Shown: positions 26,931-35,885, numbered from the stretch's first letter. The stretch: DNA of 64,000 nucleotides from Clostridia bacterium (GCA_017427285.1 JAFRTE010000046.1:7401-71400); one strand, 5' to 3'. Numbers and translations: made by a program. The notes: generated by a model not told the origin, from the sequence alone.

Positions 26931-28319
26931 ATGCCTAAGCTTATCAGAATTTTTGCTTTACTGTTCGTTCTTGTTTTCGTGTTTTCATCGTGTCAGTCCG
27001 AAACGTCCGAAGTTGTGCCCGAATACGGGTTTGACACGCAGGAGGGCGACCTCGGCGGATATACCGCTGTTTTCGGCTGGTCCGGCACCGCGGGCGAGTC
27101 TGTCCTCGGCTTCGTTGCCGATACCGCAAACGCCGATATTGCGATGTGGCGCGTTAAAGACGTTGAAAATTCGCTTAACTGCAAAATAGATATTCATTAT
27201 GACCCCGACAACATAATCGGCATGCTGCGCGCAGGCGTAATGTCGGGCGTTCAGCCGTTTGACATTATGGAGGGTGACGGCTATCATCTCGTTTCCGACG
27301 TCCGCGCGGGCTATCTTGTTGGGCTTAAAGACCTTCTTGATATACAGAATACCGATAAATGGGGCACGCCCAACATGCTGCAGTCTATGCTTTGGAATGA
27401 TGACGTATACGGCGTTGTTCCGTTTGCATGGCCCGAACTCGTTTTCAGAACACCCGGTCATCTTCTCGCCGTCAATGAAAACATTATAGCATCCCTTGCG
27501 CAGCCCGACCCGCGCGAATTTGTTGAAAACAATACCTGGACGTGGGATCTTTTTGAAGAAAAGCTTGAAGAGTATACATACGATGCCGGCGGATACACCG
27601 TTTACGCGCTCAGATGTCATCTGCCGTATTATTCGATCAATTTCTTCCTGTCAAGCGGCGTCGCGCTCTCAACGATCGAGCTCGGGCAAGTCGTCTGCGG
27701 CCTTTATACCGATATCGGAAGAGAAGCGATGCAGCGCGCGCAGGAAACATACCAGGTCACTCACAGACACTGCTTCCACCCGCAGACCGACTCTACCGGT
27801 CACGACGAGTTTATAGGCGGAGAAGCGGTCATGTATCTCACATGGACGTACGAGCTTACGAGCGATACTACGTATATCATGTATAATATGGATAACGTAG
27901 GCGTTCTCCCGTTCCCGCAGGGTCCTCACGCAACTCCGGGCAAATATCTTTCTTATCATGAAGGACTTGCCTTTGCAACCGGCATTCCCGCCAACGCCGC
28001 AGACCCTGAAGCTTCCGCGGCGATCCTTTCCGCGCTTTACGAACCGTTTGACGAGTATAAAACGAAAGACGACATTATAGAATATATGACAAAGCAGGTC
28101 TTCCACGACAGACGCGATACCGAAGTTATTCTCGCATCCGTCCGCGATACCGAATACGGCTTCTTTAAGGAAGGCGCGCGCAAAGCGCTCGAAAACGTTT
28201 TCAATACTCACGATTCCATACAGCAGATCCTCGATTCTCTCGACGACGCTTACGACAAAATCGTTGAAGAATATATGATGCCTCACTATCAGGCGCGTCT
28301 TGCCGTTTACGGCGAATAA
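26931..28319 (+). CDS. SBP-like lipoprotein paralog P4 (P1/P3/P7 subfamily)
   Basis: Signal peptide MPKLIRIFALLFVLVFVFSSCQS, then EVVPEY. YGVVPFAWPELVF, DPREFVENNTWTWDLFEE, GVLPFPQGPHATPGKY, TEYGFFKEGAR, C-terminal AVYGE. Confidence 0.85.
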   Translation: MPKLIRIFALLFVLVFVFSSCQSETSEVVPEYGFDTQEGDLGGYTAVFGWSGTAGESVLGFVADTANADIAMWRVKDVENSLNCKIDIHYDPDNIIGMLRAGVMSGVQPFDIMEGDGYHLVSDVRAGYLVGLKDLLDIQNTDKWGTPNMLQSMLWNDDVYGVVPFAWPELVFRTPGHLLAVNENIIASLAQPDPREFVENNTWTWDLFEEKLEEYTYDAGGYTVYALRCHLPYYSINFFLSSGVALSTIELGQVVCGLYTDIGREAMQRAQETYQVTHRHCFHPQTDSTGHDEFIGGEAVMYLTWTYELTSDTTYIMYNMDNVGVLPFPQGPHATPGKYLSYHEGLAFATGIPANAADPEASAAILSALYEPFDEYKTKDDIIEYMTKQVFHDRRDTEVILASVRDTEYGFFKEGARKALENVFNTHDSIQQILDSLDDAYDKIVEEYMMPHYQARLAVYGE

Positions 28320-28342
28320 AAAATATAAATACAATGAAAAAA

Positions 28343-28366
28343 AGCTCCGATTCGCTCGGAGCTTTT
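28343..28366 (+). terminator. terminator after P4
   Basis: Stem AGCTCCGA / TCGGAGCT, loop TTCGC, followed by TTTT. Confidence 0.75.
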
Positions 28367-28537
28367 CAGCATTTAATAGAAAGGAGTAAAAAACATGAAA
28401 AAATCTATAAATGAAAGAAGTAATCTTGATTTGTGACTGAATTATAACCTAAAAACTCCGATTCGTCAACCCCTCTTGAAGTAAGTTGCATTTTTAAGGG
28501 GGTAAGTTGCAAAAAAATGAGGTAAAATACAAAAATC

Positions 28538-28562
28538 GCCTGTCCGAATTTGTCGGACAGGC
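28538..28562 (-). terminator. terminator after the repeat-protein gene
   Basis: 10-bp stem GCCTGTCCGA / TCGGACAGGC, loop ATTTG, with T-runs on both strands. Confidence 0.75.
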
Positions 28563-28580
28563 AAAAATTTTTGCTTAATC

Positions 28581-29378
28581 TTAATGTCCTCGCTTGTCAA
28601 GAAGGGCAATCGCTTTGTCAAGAAAAGCTTTCCACAGCGTTTTGACCGGCTTGTTATTACCGAAAAGCGCAACGAGCTTCGGGCTTACCGCATAATAGAT
28701 CTTAATAAACGCTTTTCCCAAAATATGCTTTTTCAGAAAACCGTCGCGAAACCGTCTCAGCGTCATGACCGGCGCGCAGTCATACGAACCGTAAACGCAT
28801 GTGGCTATATAGCACCCTTCGGAGCTGTTGTTTGTATTGTTCTCGGAATTATCCGCAGAAACGGTTTTGCTCGTCGCGGCGTTATGGTTTAGCTCGTATG
28901 CCCGCTCGATAAGCTGCGATTTTTTTTCCGTTTCCTTTTCACCTGCACCGCAGCGGGTATTTCCTCCGTATAGATCGGGCGTTGACGAATCTGTTTTGCT
29001 GCTTTCTCTTCCGTAAGAGGTATATCCGTCAAAGAAAACCGGAGAGCTGCTATCGTTTTTGCCTTGCTCACCGTAGTGAGTATAGCCTCCGAATATACCG
29101 GGGGTCGTCGAACCGGTTTTTCTTCCGTCTTTGTCGTAATTGATATACTCGCCGAAAAAGCCCGGGGAACTGCTTCCCGTTTTCTTTCCGCTTGCGTCGT
29201 AGTGCGTATACCCTCCGAAAAAACCGGGGCTTGACGAACCTGTTTTTTTGCCGTTTTTGTCGTAAGTGGTATATCCTCCGAAAATGCCGGGTGAGCTGTA
29301 TCCCGTTTTCTTTCCGTTTTCGTCGTAATGCGTATTTCCGCCGAAAATATTCGGTTCGCTGCGTCCTTTTTTCGCCAT
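28581..29378 (-). CDS. YD-like tandem-repeat protein with a Cys-rich C-terminal CYIATCVYGSYDC...LRRFRD domain
   Basis: 265 aa with no signal peptide. About 6.5 copies of a 21-aa unit (xFGGYTHYDxxGKKTGSSSPG). C-terminal GCYIATCVYGSYDCAPVMTLRRFRDGFL...YYAVSPKL resembles the widespread CFIATAAYGS...LRxFRD type domain. SD TAGGAGCA. The start is 33 nt after the P5 stop. Confidence 0.75.
   Translation of the reverse strand: MAKKGRSEPNIFGGNTHYDENGKKTGYSSPGIFGGYTTYDKNGKKTGSSSPGFFGGYTHYDASGKKTGSSSPGFFGEYINYDKDGRKTGSTTPGIFGGYTHYGEQGKNDSSSPVFFDGYTSYGRESSKTDSSTPDLYGGNTRCGAGEKETEKKSQLIERAYELNHNAATSKTVSADNSENNTNNSSEGCYIATCVYGSYDCAPVMTLRRFRDGFLKKHILGKAFIKIYYAVSPKLVALFGNNKPVKTLWKAFLDKAIALLDKRGH
28941..29348 (-). 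repeat. 63-bp (21-codon) coding tandem repeat, about 6.5 copies
   Basis: The repeat units are read directly from the translation (aa 11-146). They degenerate toward the C-terminal side. Confidence 0.85.
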
Positions 29379-29411
29379 TTTATGCTCCTACAGAGTTAAA
29401 ATAGGAAGAAA

Positions 29412-30818
29412 TCAGTTGTTGCCGTCGTTTTTCAGACTTTCAAGTATCTCAACGTTCGGAATAATTTCTTTTATAATCGAATCGTTAACTCTTTCCGCCT
29501 GACTTGAAAGTATTTCAGCGGAGGATTTTCCGTTTGACGTTGCGGTTGTGGCGTTGTTGAAAAAGTCGTATATGCTCGTTACGCTCTGATATGCCCAGCG
29601 CGTATTTTTGTAGTAATTCATTATCATGTCTATATCGCGCTCGTCAAAGAATATGTCGGACATATACTCTTTCAGGTCGTCTTCCGTTTCATATCCCCTG
29701 AAAGGATCGCAAAGACGGTCTATAACGGTAGCCGCGCAAACCTCTTCCATCGTATTGTAAAGTATCATAAACGCGATGTTTTCATGGTATGCGTTCGCCC
29801 ATTCACCGTAAGTGCCTTTCGGACCGCACGGCATGGGAACAACGCCGAAATTGTCAAGCTTATAGCTCATAAACCTTATGATATGGTCTACCGCGGTCTT
29901 GGACATTACGAGTTCGTCGTTGAGCATCTTCGCAAGCATCGTATCGTGCCCGTCAAACGTGATATAATCCTTGTTTTCGGTGAAAAGCTTTGCGCACCAG
30001 TCAAGCGTTTCGGCAACTTCGGGCGAATCTATTGCGGGAAGGATTGTTCCGTCGTCCTGGATCGTGTAATACTGCAATCCGTTCATAAACGCGAATTCCA
30101 TTATGCCCCAGGTAATATTGAGAGCGGTCGCCTTAACGGAGCCGTCATCTATCTGATAATCGGGAATAATTCTTTCAAAAGTGTCCCACGTCCATTCGCC
30201 GTTTTCAACGTAGTCTCGCGGGTCTGTCTTTCCGTAGCGCGCCACGAGATTTTCATTTACAACAAATACGCCGTAAGACGTAACTATCTGTTTGCCCGGC
30301 CATCTTGTGGGCGAAACGCTGTAAACTTCGCCTTTGTATATACCCGGTTCAAGCAGACCGTATCCGCCGTATTTCTCCTCGTCGGTATAGTCAATGTAAT
30401 CCTGCACGGCGTCGAGCGGGAAACAGAAACCGGCTCGGACAAACGACTGCTGACCGGACGTAAACAGAATATCCGCAACAAACGAGCCGCTCGCCAGCAC
30501 GGGAACAATACTGTCAAGGCGTATCGTGCCGTCCGTTTTAACGGTTATTTTACAGTTGACATCCTTTTCTATTTCTTTTATCCTTTCAAGAAGCATATCC
30601 TCCATAAGCGTGCCCGAAGGATATGAAAAAAGGCTTGTCGGGGATGTTTCAGCCATGTGATTCTGCATTATCGTGCATTCAAATCCGCCGAAATCCGTTT
30701 TGCTTCCGCCCATACCCGCGTTGAAATCTTCAAGAAATTCTTCTTTCGCTGTCTGCGAGCACGAACACATTGCAAAAATCATCAGTACGACCAGCAATAA
30801 AGATAATGTCCTTTTCAT
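29412..30818 (-). CDS. SBP-like lipoprotein paralog P5 (P5/P6 subfamily)
   Basis: ATG at 30818 is 7 nt after GGAGG; the track start at 30833 is a TTG. MKRTLSLLLVVLMIFAMCSCSQ. WPGKQ, DPRDYVENGEWTWDTFE, FGVVPMPCGPKGTYGEW, RWAYQ. Confidence 0.85.
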   Translation of the reverse strand: MKRTLSLLLVVLMIFAMCSCSQTAKEEFLEDFNAGMGGSKTDFGGFECTIMQNHMAETSPTSLFSYPSGTLMEDMLLERIKEIEKDVNCKITVKTDGTIRLDSIVPVLASGSFVADILFTSGQQSFVRAGFCFPLDAVQDYIDYTDEEKYGGYGLLEPGIYKGEVYSVSPTRWPGKQIVTSYGVFVVNENLVARYGKTDPRDYVENGEWTWDTFERIIPDYQIDDGSVKATALNITWGIMEFAFMNGLQYYTIQDDGTILPAIDSPEVAETLDWCAKLFTENKDYITFDGHDTMLAKMLNDELVMSKTAVDHIIRFMSYKLDNFGVVPMPCGPKGTYGEWANAYHENIAFMILYNTMEEVCAATVIDRLCDPFRGYETEDDLKEYMSDIFFDERDIDMIMNYYKNTRWAYQSVTSIYDFFNNATTATSNGKSSAEILSSQAERVNDSIIKEIIPNVEILESLKNDGNN

Positions 30819-30857
30819 TTTCAACCTCCGCAATTATCAATAATGTAAGTTTATGTT

Positions 30858-32240
30858 TCAGTCTTTTTTCTCTTCTTCATAAAGCTGCAGAATTGTTTCC
30901 GCATTAGGTTTTACATACTGCTTTACGCGTTCGTTTACGGCGTCCGCAAATCTGTCAACGATCTCCGCGCCCGTTTTTCCTCTTTTTGCCCAGTCGGTGG
31001 CGCTCGAAAAATAATCCCATATCCCAAGCGTATAGTAATTCCACCTTGAATATTTCATAAACGTGGTAAACAGCTCAACGTCACGGCGATCGTAAAATAT
31101 TGTTGACGCATAGTTTTGCAATTCGTCAGGAGTTTCATAGCCCTCAAACGGCTCGAATATTCTGTCGATGATCACGGCGGCGGCTTCGGGTTTCTTTGCG
31201 TTTACCCATATTGCCATACTGTCGGCTCCCGAATAAGCGTTGACCCATTCTCCGTATGTGCCGTTTGGACCGCACGGAAACGGAATTGCGCCGTAATTGT
31301 CAACGTCGTATATCATTTCGTTTATCATATGCGAAAAAGAGGTCTGCGCAAGAGTTATATTTCCGTTGATAAATCCCGCGACCATATCGTAGTGCCCGAG
31401 ATAACTGATTATATCCGCATGGTTTGCAAGCAGCTTTGAACACCAGTCAAAAGCGTCGATCACATTTTGCGAGTCAAGAGACGGAGCAACATTTCCGTCG
31501 TCTGAAACGGAGATATAGTCAACTCCGTTCATCATAACAAAATCAAGGATCGTCCACGTTAAATTCATCGCGGTCGACGTATATTCGCCGTCAACGACCT
31601 GATAATCGGGCAAAGCTTTTTCAAAAGTCTCCCACGTCCATTCGCCGCGCTCAACGTATTCTCGGGGATCGGTAAGCCCGTATTTTGAAACGGTGTCTTC
31701 GTTTACCGCAAAAATATTGTATGCGTAAAGCTTTTGTTTTCCGGGCCACGAAACGGGCGATACCGTATACGGTATTCCGTCGAACATTCCCTGCTCAAGT
31801 ATGCCGGGGCTTCCGAATTTTTCCGCATTAGTATAGTCGAGATAATCTTTCAGCACGTCAAGAGGGTAGTAAAGGCCGTCTTTTGCGGGATTGTGAGGCG
31901 AGTGGGAGCATGCGATTTCACCTACGTAAAGGTTTGAGGCGATTCTTGCGGTCTCGTTTCCCTGTATCGTCTGTACGGTTATATCGCAGTTATATTCGTT
32001 CGATATATCTTTAAGTCTCTGAAGATACATATCACCCATAAGCGTTCCGACGGGATACTGAAACGGATGGTCTATGTCGTAATCCTGAACGATCGGACAT
32101 TCGTATCCGTTAAGATCGGTTACTTCGGAACTCTGCAACGTATCAAATTCCAAAAGAAACTCTTCCTGCTCTTTCTGCGCGCATGAACATACGGCTAAAA
32201 GGGCAATAATCAATATAATTACCGACGTCAGCTTTTTCAT
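30858..32240 (-). CDS. SBP-like lipoprotein paralog P6 (P5/P6 subfamily)
   Basis: MKKLTSVIILIIALLAVCSCAQ. WPGKQ, DPREYVERGEWTWETFE, YGAIPFPCGPNGTYGEW. TTGACA-N17-TATATT promoter upstream on the minus strand. 39 nt upstream of P5. Confidence 0.85.
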   Translation of the reverse strand: MKKLTSVIILIIALLAVCSCAQKEQEEFLLEFDTLQSSEVTDLNGYECPIVQDYDIDHPFQYPVGTLMGDMYLQRLKDISNEYNCDITVQTIQGNETARIASNLYVGEIACSHSPHNPAKDGLYYPLDVLKDYLDYTNAEKFGSPGILEQGMFDGIPYTVSPVSWPGKQKLYAYNIFAVNEDTVSKYGLTDPREYVERGEWTWETFEKALPDYQVVDGEYTSTAMNLTWTILDFVMMNGVDYISVSDDGNVAPSLDSQNVIDAFDWCSKLLANHADIISYLGHYDMVAGFINGNITLAQTSFSHMINEMIYDVDNYGAIPFPCGPNGTYGEWVNAYSGADSMAIWVNAKKPEAAAVIIDRIFEPFEGYETPDELQNYASTIFYDRRDVELFTTFMKYSRWNYYTLGIWDYFSSATDWAKRGKTGAEIVDRFADAVNERVKQYVKPNAETILQLYEEEKKD

Positions 32241-32390
32241 TTCTTACTGCCTCCCGTTTATTTCGCTTTATATATTAAAATATATCATATTTTTCATATT
32301 ATGTCAACCACAAAATGATATTTAAGGTTGACTTTTTGCTGCGAAAAGAGTATAATACAACGGGAAATAATTAAAAAGGAGATCGATTTT

Positions 32391-32810
32391 ATGAAAACAG
32401 TCAGATCAGCCGGAGTAATCAAAACCGCGCTTGTTTTTCTTTTGCTTATTTCAGTAATTCTTTCTCTCTCTTCTTGCGGTAAATACGTATCGCATTATAA
32501 AGCAGTCGGATTCGTTCACTCAAACGAACCGTCGTCTGCATTTATGAATTTTTATTCCTTTGATGGCAGCATGGTCTTTGTGATGAACAAAAAAGAGTCC
32601 GAACGGCTTGATTATTCGGCAAAGCTCGAAACGGGCAGTCTGAAAGTGTATTACGACAAAGACGGTGAAAAGACCGAGCTGTTTTCATTGAGCGACGGCG
32701 GATCGGCGGAATCGTCTTTTGAAGGTATAAACGACGGCACGGTGTATATCATAGTTGAAACGGACGGAACGTGTTTTAACGGAGAGCTGAATTTCAATAT
32801 CGGCGGTTAA
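32391..32810 (+). CDS. small hypothetical lipoprotein
   Basis: ATG at 32391 follows AAAAAGGAG. MKTVRSAGVIKTALVFLLLISVILSLSSCGK. TTGACT-N17-TATAAT promoter at 32328-32356, which lies inside the track ORF. Confidence 0.65.
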   Translation: MKTVRSAGVIKTALVFLLLISVILSLSSCGKYVSHYKAVGFVHSNEPSSAFMNFYSFDGSMVFVMNKKESERLDYSAKLETGSLKVYYDKDGEKTELFSLSDGGSAESSFEGINDGTVYIIVETDGTCFNGELNFNIGG

Positions 32811-32813
32811 ATC

Positions 32814-33371
32814 ATGAGCAGTGAAAAATCGTATGAAGTATTGAGGGGAGAAGGCATAGTCCTCAGAAAAGCAAGGGAGGAAGATTATGCCTCCATGCTC
32901 AAACACGTCTGGGGCGACGAAGAAGTCTATAAGTGGATGCTTTTTCAGCCGACTCTTACCTTGGAAGACGCGATCGCAAGATGCAAAAGAAGCATCGCTT
33001 TTCAGAAGGAGCATTTCGCGTGGTTCGTTGCCCTGAAAGACACCGACGAGGCGGCAGGGCTTTGCGCGATAAGAGATAATGGGCAGGGACACTGGGAAGA
33101 ATGCGGCATATGCATCGGAAAAGCATTTCAGGGCAGGGGATACGGCAAAGAGATCCTTTCTTTGCTCCTCGATCTATCCTTCAATAAACTCGGAGCGGCA
33201 GATTTTCGCTACGGGTATTTTGACGACAATGAAAAATCGAAAAACCTTGCTGAAAAATTCGGGTTTGTTTTCGACCGTTACGAAGATACGGTCCGTCAGT
33301 GGGACGGCGCGCCGAAAAAAATCGTTTCCTGTATACTATCAAAAGAAAGGTATCTGTCGCTCGGCACATAA
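32814..33371 (+). CDS. GNAT family N-acetyltransferase (RimJ/RimL-like)
   Basis: GICIGKAFQGRGYGKEILSLLLDLSFNKLGA. The start is 4 nt after the preceding stop. Confidence 0.8.
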   Translation: MSSEKSYEVLRGEGIVLRKAREEDYASMLKHVWGDEEVYKWMLFQPTLTLEDAIARCKRSIAFQKEHFAWFVALKDTDEAAGLCAIRDNGQGHWEECGICIGKAFQGRGYGKEILSLLLDLSFNKLGAADFRYGYFDDNEKSKNLAEKFGFVFDRYEDTVRQWDGAPKKIVSCILSKERYLSLGT

Positions 33372-33465
33372 TGGTAAAATCGCGATTTCGATTGCGGAAG
33401 TAAATATCACAAAATCCCCGGAACAATCAGTCCCGAGGATTTTTTTCCGTATTGTGTAATTTGCG

Positions 33466-33786
33466 TTACAGTTTATCGTATTTATCGGTTTTTCCCTTCG
33501 CTTTTTCGACCGGATATTTCGCTTCGTTTTTGCTCATCTTTTCCATGACTATCTCATCTTCGTCAAGACCCAATTTGTCAAGCAGATTGCGGCAATAAAC
33601 GATAACATCGGCAAGCTCTTCCTTTACGTGTGCAATATCGTAATTGTCGTCGCTCCACTGAAAGCATTCGAGAAGCTCGTTAGCTTCTATGGAAATCGAT
33701 TTTGCGAGGTTGGCGGGAGTATGGTATTTATCCCAGTCGCGCTCCTCGGTAAATCTGCGTATTCTGTCAACGGTCGACTGCTTCAT
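33466..33786 (-). CDS. MazG-like nucleoside triphosphate pyrophosphohydrolase (small all-alpha type)
   Basis: RRFTEERDWDKYHTPANLAKSISIEANELLECFQW...VKEELADVIVY (EExxE/D metal motifs). ATG is 2 nt after the P7 stop, with GGAG inside the P7 3' end. Confidence 0.85.
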   Translation of the reverse strand: MKQSTVDRIRRFTEERDWDKYHTPANLAKSISIEANELLECFQWSDDNYDIAHVKEELADVIVYCRNLLDKLGLDEDEIVMEKMSKNEAKYPVEKAKGKTDKYDKL

Positions 33787-33788
33787 GA

Positions 33789-35177
33789 TCAGTCTCCGTA
33801 AACCGCGTCCATTGCGCGGTAACAGGGCATCATGTATTCCTCAACGATCGTTTCGTATTTGCTGAGGTTGGATTCAAGCACCGTTGATACCGGCGTTTGC
33901 GTATTTCCTATACCTTCGAGCACGCCGCGCGCGCCTTCGTCAAAGAAGCCGTATTCGGTATTTGTAACTTCGTTTACAACTATCTCGGCGTCTCTTCTGT
34001 CAAAGAATATCTGAGTTGCCATGTAGTCTATTATATCGTCCTTCGTTTTGTATGCTTCAAAAGGTTCGCACATTTCCGAAAGAATAAGCGCGGAGGCGAT
34101 CGGGTCTCTTGCGTTTACGGGAATACCGAAACAAAGCAGCAATCCTTCGTTATATGAGAGATATTTGCCCGGAGTTGCTTTCGGACCCTGCGGGAAGGGA
34201 AGAACGCCTACGTTATCCATATTATACATGATCCATCTGGTGCTTCCCGTAAGCTCGTTCATCCATGTAAGATACATAACGCATTCGCCGTTTACAAATT
34301 CGTCGTCGCCTACGGAGTCTGTATACGGATGGAAATAGTCATGGCTTGTTTCATAATACATCTTCTGGCAGCGTTCCATCGCTTCTCTTCCGGCTTCGGT
34401 GTATACGCCGGCAACAACTTCGCCGTTCTGATACGTCGAAACGGCAACGCCGTTTGAAAGCAGACAGTCTATTGCGTAATATGGCAGATGTACTCTTACG
34501 CCGTATACCGTTCTTTCGCCTTCGGTAAACGTATACGCCTGAATAACTTCTTCAAATTTATCCCACGTCCACTGACCGTTTTCAACAAATTCACGCGGAT
34601 CGGTCTGCGCGAGTCTTACAACGAGGTTTTCGTTAACGGCAAGGATATGGCCTGAAAGTCTGTAAACAAGGTCGGGCCATGCAAAGGGAACTACGCCGAA
34701 AAGGTCGTCATTCCAAAGCATCGGAAGAAGCATGTTCGGTGTGCCCCATTTGTCAGTGTTTTTTACATCGAGGAGCGACGAAAGTCCCATCAGGTTTCTT
34801 GCACGGGCATCGTTGCGAAGCGCACCGCCTCCCGAAACTATGTCATAATCCTGAAAACCCGCAAGTATGCCTGAACGGAAATTGTCCATCATATTCGAAG
34901 ACTGTGCATGTTCGATTTTGCAGTTGAGCTTCTGCTCTACTTCTCTTCTTCGTTCAAGTACCATGTCAGCAAGCTGAGTGTCGGGAATAAATCCGAATAC
35001 GGAGCTTCCCTCAGTGCCGCCCCAGCCCCATACCAGCTTGAATCCGTCAAGGTCGGTATCCGAGACGCCTTCTTCGAAATTGTATTCGGGAATTGTTTCG
35101 GCAAGTTCTCCGCCGCATGCGGTAAGGACTAAAACCGAAATCAGCAGCATGCATAAAATCTTGATACAGGTTTTCAT
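33789..35177 (-). CDS. SBP-like lipoprotein paralog P7 (P1/P3/P4 subfamily)
   Basis: ATG at 35177 follows GCGAGGAG. MKTCIKILCMLLISVLVLTACGG, then TIPEY. FGVVPFAWPDLVY, DPREFVENGQWTWDKFEE, GVLPFPQGPKATPGKY, TEYGFFDEGAR, C-terminal AVYGD. Promoter TTGACA (35278-35273), N17, TAAAAT (35255-35250). Confidence 0.85.
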   Translation of the reverse strand: MKTCIKILCMLLISVLVLTACGGELAETIPEYNFEEGVSDTDLDGFKLVWGWGGTEGSSVFGFIPDTQLADMVLERRREVEQKLNCKIEHAQSSNMMDNFRSGILAGFQDYDIVSGGGALRNDARARNLMGLSSLLDVKNTDKWGTPNMLLPMLWNDDLFGVVPFAWPDLVYRLSGHILAVNENLVVRLAQTDPREFVENGQWTWDKFEEVIQAYTFTEGERTVYGVRVHLPYYAIDCLLSNGVAVSTYQNGEVVAGVYTEAGREAMERCQKMYYETSHDYFHPYTDSVGDDEFVNGECVMYLTWMNELTGSTRWIMYNMDNVGVLPFPQGPKATPGKYLSYNEGLLLCFGIPVNARDPIASALILSEMCEPFEAYKTKDDIIDYMATQIFFDRRDAEIVVNEVTNTEYGFFDEGARGVLEGIGNTQTPVSTVLESNLSKYETIVEEYMMPCYRAMDAVYGD

Positions 35178-35374
35178 GAAAATCTCCTCGCTTTTTTTAT
35201 ATCGGATGTAATAACTGTTCTGCTGTATATGTATACAGATACTTTCCATATTTTACTATATATTTCGCGATATGTCAATAGGAAAATTCATTTTTTGTGA
35301 ATATTATTGACATTTTATCAAATCAGGTGTAAAATAGTACATAATAATCAAATGAATCGGAGAGAAAAAACAAT

Positions 35375-35788
35375 ATGAGATTCAAACATACAAACCGTCC
35401 GGGATTCTTGCTCGGATTCATCGATTTTTTTACGGCGGGGCTGTTTTTTCTTCTGTATATGCCGTTCGGCGGACTTCAGAAAGAGCTCGAATATATTCTC
35501 GGGCATAAAGTCCGACCCTACTGGAAGGCATATCTGCTCGGAATACCTACGCTGTTTATCTATACGCTCGTATGGATGGCGAATATTGCCGAAGAGCTGA
35601 AAACAAAGGCGGAGGAAATGCATCTTGAAGGTCCGCATACTTCGTGGAAACATATGTTCTGGTGGAATATGCTCGGATGTCTCTGCTTCGGGCCCATGAT
35701 AGCCACTCGCCGCTTTTTTTGCACATTAAACAAAACGGAATCCGAGCTTAACTTACAAGGCGAACGGAAAAACCGTTTTGCCGAATAA
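35375..35788 (+). CDS. DUF4234-like small membrane protein
   Basis: Two or three TM segments. The FIDFFTAGLFFLLYM region resembles the DUF4234 TxGIYxLxW core. TTGACA-N17-TAAAAT promoter upstream. Confidence 0.45.
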   Translation: MRFKHTNRPGFLLGFIDFFTAGLFFLLYMPFGGLQKELEYILGHKVRPYWKAYLLGIPTLFIYTLVWMANIAEELKTKAEEMHLEGPHTSWKHMFWWNMLGCLCFGPMIATRRFFCTLNKTESELNLQGERKNRFAE

Positions 35789-35885
35789 AAATCGAAATTA
35801 ATACTTTACAAGAGCCGAGAAAAATGGTATACTGTATAAAATAACGTTCTTCACTCGATCTGAAAAACGTCAAAAGGAGAAAAAT

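Noticed and set aside
26985-28334. 211-aa and 221-aa minus-strand ORFs (similar ones lie opposite P5, P9, FeoB and PepO)
   Set aside because: All lie opposite well-supported genes and have no SD or family features.
28941-29348. Regular 63-bp repeats that could be mistaken for a CRISPR-like array
   Set aside because: There are no unique spacers. The units are contiguous and in frame within one ORF and translate to a consistent 21-aa repeat.
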